Origin: Alphaproteobacteria bacterium
GTDB taxonomy: Bacteria; Pseudomonadota; Alphaproteobacteria; SMXQ01
Direction: 5' to 3'
NCBI GenBank assembly: GCA_046297835.1
Contig: JBKBHI010000007.1
Span: 151,101 to 215,100 of the forward strand
DNA: 64,000 bases
Positions 10,721 to 17,778 of the stretch are shown in pieces. The number at the start of each line of letters is the position of its first letter. Within the stretch, counting starts at the first letter, position 1. The translations under genes and the position numbers were made by a program. The notes beneath the pieces are model-generated. The model had not been told where the DNA came from. It saw only the letters and a program-made list of their open reading frames with translations, and searched no databases.

Positions 10721-11500
10721 TTAGGCCGCGAGGCGCGGGTTCGGAGCCGCCTGCTTGTTGTCGCGCGGCGGCTTGATGCCGGACGCTTCGTAAGCCCATT
10801 CGCCGATCTGATTGAACCACACGGTATTGACCGCCTGACGATCGCGGATGGCGGCAAGGCAAGCCTGCTGCTTCTCGGTCGTGTCGGCGTATTTCGCCAT
10901 GATGTCGAGCGGCGCGTCGCCGTGGCCGCCGTCGGAGGAGTCCGCCTCGTCGGCGGCGTCCCAATGGGCCAGCGCCTTCTGCGAAAGGTTCAGCGCCTTC
11001 CACATGTTGCGCGAGGTGCGGGCGCGTTCGCCGACGCGGGCGATCACTTCCTTGCCGCGCGACGCTTCGTTGCCGGCGATGGCCGCGAAGGCTTCGAGCC
11101 AGGGCTTGGTGCGGCTCACCCAATCGCAATAAGCGATGCGCATCATGGTGACCGGCGCGCCGCTGTAGTTGTAGATGAACTGGCGATCGACGCCGAGGGC
11201 CACGGCGAAATCGACCAAGCTTTCGTAGTGGCCGGTGACGATCGTCGGATCCTTCACCTCTTCGACGAACATGTTCTCGATCAGGTAGCTGCGCACTTCG
11301 AGGTGCGGGCAGTTACCGGTGATGTTGGCCAGCCAGCGCGGGAAATTGGCGGCGAACACGCAATGCTCGAGCGCATAAATGCGCGCGCCTTCGCGCGTCA
11401 GGTTGTTGTCGCGATATTCTTCCCACAGGGTGGGAACGCTCCACCGCAATTTGACGAAGCTGTCGAGGATTTCTTCGCGGAATTGATCGGGCGTGTACAT
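10721..11500 (-). CDS. TenA/PqqC/CADD family heme-oxygenase-like helical protein
   Basis: FP.WL..I...C......L.EN...EE......H......F..ALG, then E145 and AD...H; typical CADD-like spacing. Confidence 0.78.
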   Translation of the reverse strand: MYTPDQFREEILDSFVKLRWSVPTLWEEYRDNNLTREGARIYALEHCVFAANFPRWLANITGNCPHLEVRSYLIENMFVEEVKDPTIVTGHYESLVDFAVALGVDRQFIYNYSGAPVTMMRIAYCDWVSRTKPWLEAFAAIAGNEASRGKEVIARVGERARTSRNMWKALNLSQKALAHWDAADEADSSDGGHGDAPLDIMAKYADTTEKQQACLAAIRDRQAVNTVWFNQIGEWAYEASGIKPPRDNKQAAPNPRLAA

Positions 11501-11602
11501 AGGACGTCTCCCTCATGTGAACGGCCAGCTTCTGGGTGGCCTGTTGTGTTGAGGCCAATCTAACGACTGGGGCGACGGCGAATACGCCCTTTCCGTTCAT
11601 TA

Positions 11603-11627
11603 CCGTGTCAAGTATGATTTGACACGG
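11603..11627. promoter_or_regulatory. Perfect inverted repeat, candidate LysR operator, overlapping the lysR SD
   Basis: CCGTGTCAA-N7-TTGACACGG in the divergent intergenic region; overlaps GGAGG at 11626-11630. Confidence 0.5.
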
Positions 11628-11635
11628 AGGCATGA

Positions 11636-12610
11636 ATGGATCGTTTGAAGCTTATGGAAACCTATGCTGCCGTGGTCAAAAGCGGCAGCTATACGCGCGC
11701 CGCCCGCGAGCTGGGGGTGACCCGCGCCATGGTGAGCAAGCGCATTCAGGATCTCGAGGCGGCGCTCGGCGCCAAGCTGCTGAACCGCAATACCCATGGG
11801 CTCAGCGTCACCGGCATCGGCGGCGATTATTACGAGAGCGCGCTTAGCTTGCTGGCCGATCTGCGAGACATCGAGGAGCGGGTTCAGTCCAAGAGCGCCG
11901 CGCCGCGCGGCGAATTGAAGATCGTTTCAACCAAAACCTTCGGCGAGACGATCCTGGGGCCGATCATCGCCGAGTTCTGTCGTCTCTATCCGACGATCTC
12001 CGTGCAGGTGACGCTCGCCGACCGCGAAACGGCGTCCCACGGCATGGACCTGATCAGCGGAGGTTTCGACATCGCCGTGCGCACCTTGCCTATCCGCGAC
12101 AGCTCTCTCATCGCCCGGGCCATCACCGAATTGCCGCGTCTGCTAGTGGCCAGCCCGAGTTATCTCGAAAAGCACGATATGCCGCAACGGCCTGCCGATC
12201 TCGCGCGCCACAACTGCTTGGATCCCAGCGGAGCGGCGCAATATAGCTGGGATTTTCGCGGCAAGGATGGCGTCCGGCCGCAGACGGTGCGCGTCTCTGG
12301 CGCGCCGCGCGCCAACAGCAGCTTCGTCATCCGAGACGCCGCGCTCGCCGGTTTAGGCATTGCTATCTTGCGCGAATATCTGATCCTCGACGATATCGCC
12401 ACCGGCACGCTCGTGCCGGTGCTGCCCGCGCACGCGCTCGACGAGCGGACGCTTTACGTCATCTATCAGAGGGACCGCAGCCTGCCGCTACGCATGCGCG
12501 TGTTCATCGATTATCTGTCACAGCGCGTGAAAGATCATCTGCGCGCGCGGCCGTCGTTGCCGCCGACGCTCAATCCGCTCTTGGCGCGCGGCGGCGCCGA
12601 GCCTCGATAG
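11636..12610 (+). CDS. LysR family transcriptional regulator (CrgA-like)
   Basis: N-terminal HTH (GSYTRAARELGVTRAMVSKRIQDLE..LG.KLLNR), DIAVR, P..P.DL..HNCL; divergent from the enzyme operon. Confidence 0.95.
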   Translation: MDRLKLMETYAAVVKSGSYTRAARELGVTRAMVSKRIQDLEAALGAKLLNRNTHGLSVTGIGGDYYESALSLLADLRDIEERVQSKSAAPRGELKIVSTKTFGETILGPIIAEFCRLYPTISVQVTLADRETASHGMDLISGGFDIAVRTLPIRDSSLIARAITELPRLLVASPSYLEKHDMPQRPADLARHNCLDPSGAAQYSWDFRGKDGVRPQTVRVSGAPRANSSFVIRDAALAGLGIAILREYLILDDIATGTLVPVLPAHALDERTLYVIYQRDRSLPLRMRVFIDYLSQRVKDHLRARPSLPPTLNPLLARGGAEPR

Positions 12611-12617
12611 ATCGGTC

Positions 12618-13661
12618 CTAATAAGTCGGTTGCGCCCGCATGTTCTTGTAGCGGTCGTCGGAGATCAGGCGCAGCTCGCGCACGCCGTCCGCCTGCATGA
12701 CGCGCAGCGGCACTTCGACGCCGGGCTCGCCCAGGCTCCAGAGCCGCGTATAGAAATCGGCGAGGCCTTTGATCGGCTTGCCGCCGAGGCCGATGACGAC
12801 GTCGCCGCGCTTGAGGCCGGCTTTGGCCGCCGGGCCGCCGCGCGTGACGTTGCCGACCACCAGCGCGCCGTTCTTCTGCAATTCGTCGCTGTTGAGGCCG
12901 AGCCACGGCCGGCTCGCCTTAGGCCGGCCGCTCGCGACCATTTCGCCGATCACCGGGCGCAGCAGCTCGGCAGGCACGAACATGTTGCCGGGCAGGGCCT
13001 GGCCGTGGATCGCGTCGTTGATCATGAGCGAGCCGACGCCGATCAGCTTGCCGTCGCCGCCGAGCAGCGGCGCGCCGCCGAAGCGTTCGACCGGCGGCGA
13101 GGCGAAGATGGCGCGCTCGAGCATGTACTCCCATGACGCCGCGTAAGGGCGCACCGAGGCCACGATGGCCGGCTGCAAGCCCTGCACGCTGCTGTCGCCG
13201 GCGATAATCACCGGCTGGCGCGCCGCGAGGCCCTGGGCGCTGCCGATCTCGAGCGCCGGCAGATCTGCGGCGCCCGACAGTTTGACGAGGCCGAGGCCGC
13301 TCGCTTGGTCGAAGCCGACCACCTGCGCGCCGCGCTTGCGCCCGCGATGGTCGGTGACTTCGACCGACGCGGCGTCGGTCAGCAGATAGCCGATGGTGAC
13401 GATATGGCCGTCAGCGATGCCGTCGGCGCGGATCACCGCGCCGCCGCCCTCGCGCCGCGTGCCGAGGCGGCGCGCCGAGGGGGCGTCGGCGGGGATGTCG
13501 GCGCGCAGATGGACCACCGATTGCGCGATGCGGTCGGGCGTCAGCCGCCCGCTCTCCTGCGCCAATGCGGGCGCGCCAGCGAGGGACGCGCCGCCGGCGA
13601 TTGCGACGACGATGGCGGCGATGGTGATGGAAAGACGGGGGAACGAGAACGCCAGGCGCAT
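12618..13661 (-). CDS. Exported trypsin-like (S1C/HtrA) plus PDZ protein, catalytic triad apparently lost
   Basis: Signal peptide ending ALA, DegP-like fold motifs, C-terminal PDZ (WLGL...GPAAKAGLKRGDVV). Triad positions read IGYL, SGLGL, RFGGA. Confidence 0.8.
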   Translation of the reverse strand: MRLAFSFPRLSITIAAIVVAIAGGASLAGAPALAQESGRLTPDRIAQSVVHLRADIPADAPSARRLGTRREGGGAVIRADGIADGHIVTIGYLLTDAASVEVTDHRGRKRGAQVVGFDQASGLGLVKLSGAADLPALEIGSAQGLAARQPVIIAGDSSVQGLQPAIVASVRPYAASWEYMLERAIFASPPVERFGGAPLLGGDGKLIGVGSLMINDAIHGQALPGNMFVPAELLRPVIGEMVASGRPKASRPWLGLNSDELQKNGALVVGNVTRGGPAAKAGLKRGDVVIGLGGKPIKGLADFYTRLWSLGEPGVEVPLRVMQADGVRELRLISDDRYKNMRAQPTY

Positions 13662-13797
13662 CGGAGCCTCCCAGAAAGGTGCGGTAAAACTGTAGCGGGT
13701 CTTTCGTCGGTTGCAAAAGCCTGTTTTGCAGCGGGTTTTTCGCGCGACCGGGCGCGCGGCGGGGCGGCCGATTCGCCGCTTGGCGGATGGCGGCGCG

Positions 13798-13806
13798 TGC
13801 TATAAT
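13798..13806 (+). promoter_or_regulatory. Extended -10 promoter element just upstream of uvrD
   Basis: TG-c-TATAAT ending 8 nt before the ATG at 13815; no SD in between. Confidence 0.55.
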
Positions 13807-13814
13807 CACGGGCG

Positions 13815-16097
13815 ATGTCATCCGATCCGTTCGATCTCGCCGCCCCGGCGCCGACCCCCGCGGGCCGCTCCGGCCCTGCCGCCGCGCCGCCCTATCTCGC
13901 CAATCTCAACGAGCAGCAGCGCGCCGCCGTCGAAGCGCTCGACGGGCCCGTTCTGGTGCTCGCCGGCGCCGGCACCGGCAAGACGCGCGTGCTGGTCACC
14001 CGCCTCGCCCATATCCTCACCTCGGGCCGCGCTTTTCCGTCGCAGATCCTCGCCGTCACCTTCACCAACAAGGCGGCGCGCGAGATGCTCGAACGCGTCT
14101 CCGGGCTGATCGGCAACCGCGCCGAGGGCCTGTGGCTCGGCACCTTCCACGCCATCGGCGCGCGCATCCTGCGTCGCCATGCCGAACTGATCGGGCTCAA
14201 GCCGAATTTCACCATTTTGGATGCCGACGATCAGGTGCGCCTGATCAAACAATTGCTCGAAGCCGCCGGCATCGACGACAAGAAATGGCCGGCGCGCGCG
14301 CTCTCGGCCGTGATCCAGCGCTGGAAAGACCGCGGGCTGACGCCGGACAAGATCGGCCATGCCGACGAGGGTACGGAGGCCGCCGGCGGCCGCTTGCGCG
14401 AGCTCTACGCGCAATATCAGGAGCGGCTCAAGACGCTCAACGCCTGCGATTTCGGCGATCTCATGCTCCATTGCGTGACGCTGTTCACCAAGAACCCCGA
14501 CGTTCTCGCCGACTACCAGCGGCGCTTCCGCTATCTGCTGGTCGACGAGTATCAGGACACCAACGTGGTGCAGTATCTCTGGCTGCGCCTGCTGGCCCAG
14601 GGCTCGCGCAACATCTGCTGCGTCGGCGACGACGACCAGTCGATCTACGGCTGGCGCGGCGCGGAAGTCGGCAACATCCTGCGCTTCGAGAAAGATTTCC
14701 CGGGCGCGACCGTCATCCGCCTGGAGCGCAACTACCGCTCCACCGGGCATATTCTCGGCGCGGCCTCGGGCCTGATCGCGCACAACGAGGGCCGGCTCGG
14801 CAAGACGCTGTGGACCGACGACGCCGAAGGCGACAAGGTCGTGGTCGGCGGCGTGTGGGACGGCGAGCAGGAGGCGCGCGAAGTGGCCGAGGAGATCGAG
14901 GCGCGCCAGCGCGCCGGCGTCGGTCTCGACAATATCGCCGTGCTGGTGCGCACCGGCTCGCAGACCCGCGAGTTCGAAGAGCGCTTCATCACGCTCGGCA
15001 TCCCTTATCGCGTCATTGGCGGCCCGCGCTTTTATGAGCGCCAGGAAATCCGAGACGCCATCGCCTATTTGCGCCTGATCGCCCAGCCGGACGACGATCT
15101 GGCCTTCGAGCGCATCGTCAATACGCCGCGCCGCGGCCTCGGCGACGTCACCTTGCAGGTGCTGCATCGCATCGCGCGCGCCGAGAACCGCTCGCTGATG
15201 TATGCCGCCGAGCTCGTGACCAATACCGACGAGGTCGGCGCGCGCGCGCGCAGCTCCTTGCGCGACTTGATCGAAAGCTTCAACCGCTGGCGCGGGGCGG
15301 CGGCCGGCCTGCCGCCCGCCGAACTCGCCGAATTGGCGCTCGACGAGTCGGGCTATATCGCCATGTGGCAGGCGGACAAGTCGGCCGACGCGCCGGGCCG
15401 CATCGAGAATTTGAAGGAATTGGTCGCGGCGCTCGAAGAGTTCGAGAGCCTCGGCGCGTTCCTCGAGCATGTCAGCCTGGTGATGGAGCGCGACGCGGCC
15501 GACAGCGGCGAGATGGTCAGCCTGATGACGCTGCACGCCGCCAAGGGGCTGGAGTTCGACATCGTCTTCCTGCCGGGCTGGGAGGAAGGGCTGTTTCCGC
15601 ACCAGCGCGCGCTCGACGAATCGGGCGCGGCGGGGCTGGAGGAGGAGCGCCGGCTCGCCTATGTCGGCATCACGCGGGCGCGCAAGCGCGCCTATATCTC
15701 CTTCGCCGCCAACCGCCGGGTGTTCAACGAATGGCGCTCCAACATCCCGTCGCGCTTCGTCGATGAACTGCCGGCCGATCACGTCGAGACGAAGCCCAAC
15801 GCGATTTTCAACCAGCAGCAGCAAACGCCGCAGCGCGGCTGGTCCGATGTGGCCGACAATTCGTGGAGCGCTGGCGGCCGGTCAGGACGCGCTTTCGACG
15901 CGCGCAAGGTGGGGCCGAACAGCTACAGCGCCGCGCCGGCCAAATCCTCGCCGGCCGGGCTGAGCAAGGGCGACCGCGTTTTCCACCAGAAGTTCGGCTA
16001 TGGCCGCATCGTCGCGATCGACGCCAACAAGCTCGAGATCGCCTTCGACAAGGCTGGCCTGAAGAAGGTACTCGACAATTTCGTCGAGCCGGCATGA
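13815..16097 (+). CDS. uvrD: UvrD/PcrA superfamily 1 DNA helicase
   Basis: AGAGTGKT Walker A, LVDEYQD, VGDDDQSIY, LERNYRS, TLHAAKGLEF, YVGITRA, C-terminal Tudor-like domain. Confidence 0.96.
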   Translation: MSSDPFDLAAPAPTPAGRSGPAAAPPYLANLNEQQRAAVEALDGPVLVLAGAGTGKTRVLVTRLAHILTSGRAFPSQILAVTFTNKAAREMLERVSGLIGNRAEGLWLGTFHAIGARILRRHAELIGLKPNFTILDADDQVRLIKQLLEAAGIDDKKWPARALSAVIQRWKDRGLTPDKIGHADEGTEAAGGRLRELYAQYQERLKTLNACDFGDLMLHCVTLFTKNPDVLADYQRRFRYLLVDEYQDTNVVQYLWLRLLAQGSRNICCVGDDDQSIYGWRGAEVGNILRFEKDFPGATVIRLERNYRSTGHILGAASGLIAHNEGRLGKTLWTDDAEGDKVVVGGVWDGEQEAREVAEEIEARQRAGVGLDNIAVLVRTGSQTREFEERFITLGIPYRVIGGPRFYERQEIRDAIAYLRLIAQPDDDLAFERIVNTPRRGLGDVTLQVLHRIARAENRSLMYAAELVTNTDEVGARARSSLRDLIESFNRWRGAAAGLPPAELAELALDESGYIAMWQADKSADAPGRIENLKELVAALEEFESLGAFLEHVSLVMERDAADSGEMVSLMTLHAAKGLEFDIVFLPGWEEGLFPHQRALDESGAAGLEEERRLAYVGITRARKRAYISFAANRRVFNEWRSNIPSRFVDELPADHVETKPNAIFNQQQQTPQRGWSDVADNSWSAGGRSGRAFDARKVGPNSYSAAPAKSSPAGLSKGDRVFHQKFGYGRIVAIDANKLEIAFDKAGLKKVLDNFVEPA

Positions 16098-17014
16098 GCG
16101 AGCCGCAAGACTTGTGGAAAATCTCCCTGACCGCGCCCGACGCGGCCTATGAGGCGCTGGAAGCGGCGCTGTCGGGCTTTGGCGCGGTGAGCGCGCAGAC
16201 CGGCGCGGCGGAGCCGCACAGCGATCCGGGCAACGACCGCCCGGCGGAAGAGTGGCGCATCGAGACGATCTGCGAGACGGAGCCGGACATCTCGGCGGTC
16301 ACTTTGGCACTGGCCGAGGTCGCCGGTCCGCTCGGCTTCGCTTTGTCGGAAGTGCATATCGAGAAGCTGCCGCCGGTCGATTGGCTGGCGGAGAACCGCA
16401 AGGGCTTTCCCCCGGTGCGCGCCGGGCGGTTTTTCGTCCGCTCGGCCTTCGACGACACGCCGCCGCCGCCCGGCAGCCACGCTCTCACCATCGATGCCGG
16501 GCCCGCTTTCGGTTCCGGCCGCCATGACACGACGCGTGGCTGCCTGATCGCGCTCGACCGTTTGCTGCGGACGATGACGCGCCCGCGCGCGCTCGATCTC
16601 GGCTGCGGCTCCGGCATTCTCGCGCTCGCCGTCGCGGCGCGGCGCAAAAGTTCGGTGCTGGCGGTCGATAACGATATGTGGGCGGTACGCAACACCCGGG
16701 CCAACGCCCGCGCCAACGGCCTCGGCCGTTTCGTGCGCGCCGGCTGGAGCCACGGCTTCTCGCGCGTGCCCGCCGGGGCGCGCTACGACCTGATCTGCGC
16801 GAACATTCTCGCCAAACCGCTGGTCGCGCTGGCTCCGACGGTCAAACGCCGCCTCGCGCCTGGCGGCACGGTGGTCCTGTCGGGCTTGCTTGATCGCCAG
16901 GAAGCGCGCGTGCGCGCCGCCTATCGCGCCCAGGGCATGAAGCTGGTGCGGCGCATCCGCGTGCCGTCGAAAGATTGGGGCGTGTGGCCGACGCTGGTTA
17001 TGCAGCGAGGCTGA
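16094..17014 (+). CDS. prmA: Ribosomal protein L11 methyltransferase
   Basis: W......PPV..GRF, IDAGPAFGSGRH.TT, LDLGCGSGIL, ANILA.PL, LSGLL. ATGA overlap with the uvrD stop. Confidence 0.92.
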   Translation: MSEPQDLWKISLTAPDAAYEALEAALSGFGAVSAQTGAAEPHSDPGNDRPAEEWRIETICETEPDISAVTLALAEVAGPLGFALSEVHIEKLPPVDWLAENRKGFPPVRAGRFFVRSAFDDTPPPPGSHALTIDAGPAFGSGRHDTTRGCLIALDRLLRTMTRPRALDLGCGSGILALAVAARRKSSVLAVDNDMWAVRNTRANARANGLGRFVRAGWSHGFSRVPAGARYDLICANILAKPLVALAPTVKRRLAPGGTVVLSGLLDRQEARVRAAYRAQGMKLVRRIRVPSKDWGVWPTLVMQRG

Positions 17015-17060
17015 GCCTTTGGCTCAAGATGCGACGCGGCTGACATATGTGCGAAAAGAC

Positions 17061-17089
17061 AAAGGGCGCCTCATCCTGAGGCGCCCTTT
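17061..17089. terminator. Bidirectional terminator between prmA and the DUF1127 gene
   Basis: AAAGGGCGCCTCA-tcc-TGAGGCGCCCTTT between convergent genes. Confidence 0.8.
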
Positions 17090-17096
17090 GCGGGGT

Positions 17097-17121
17097 GAGA
17101 CATCCGGGGGGAAGATGTCTC
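17097..17121 (-). ncRNA. C-rich-loop hairpin in the DUF1127 3'UTR, candidate sRNA module
   Basis: Minus strand GAGACAUC-UUCCCCCCG-GAUGUCUC, perfect 8-bp stem; an ACCUCC lies just upstream. Confidence 0.4.
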
Positions 17122-17180
17122 GGGGATCTGCGGAGGTATCGGACGCTTACGCGGACGCTACGCTGATCTGGATCGAAGCT

Positions 17181-17495
17181 TTAGGCGACGCGGACGGCCG
17201 GGACTTCGTTGCTGTTCGAGGCGACCGGAACGACCTCGTTCGGCGTGAACAGGCCGGCCTCGGTGGCGACGATGAGCGGGATGTCGTGGCGGGTCAGGCC
17301 GGCGGCCTGGAGGCTCGCATCGCTCAGCGCGCTGAGTTCGTAGTAGCGGTCGCGCATGGTCGCGGCTTCGGCGACGACGCCGTTCAGCTTGGTCAGCGCG
17401 GCGAAAGCGCCGGCGATCAGGTTGTAGACGGCGGTGATCAGGTCGGCGCCCTTCGCGTAGGGGAGGTCGGCCGGGTTCAAATTCTGCGTGGTCAT
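17181..17495 (-). CDS. DUF1127-like small protein
   Basis: R.RY.ELSALSDASL.AAGLTR.DI pattern; AAGGAG SD. Confidence 0.7.
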   Translation of the reverse strand: MTTQNLNPADLPYAKGADLITAVYNLIAGAFAALTKLNGVVAEAATMRDRYYELSALSDASLQAAGLTRHDIPLIVATEAGLFTPNEVVPVASNSNEVPAVRVA

Positions 17496-17778
17496 GTTCT
17501 GGTCTCCTTCGGGGGTGGTCTCTGCGTTTCCTCTTTGATGACCCTTATGTAGACCCCTGACCGGTTACTGAGGAGCGACCGTTTCGCAAAACAGCTACGC
17601 GTTTAACGCATGGCTCAAAGCCGCTGTTTTCCTTGGTTTTCCATAGTCCGGTCATAAAGCCTTCACATTTAGCAGGCCGAGCCATGCGGTCGCGCGGCTT
17701 GCGCCCCGAGGGACCGGCCCTTACCTTCAAATGACGCGTTTCGCGCCGAAAAAGCCCGCTTGCTCAGGAGTTTGCCCC

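Noticed and set aside
5990-12620. Mobile genomic island call for the catabolic cluster
   Set aside because: No integrase, transposase, tRNA or flanking direct repeats seen; only a by-eye GC dip, so it is not listed as a mobile element.
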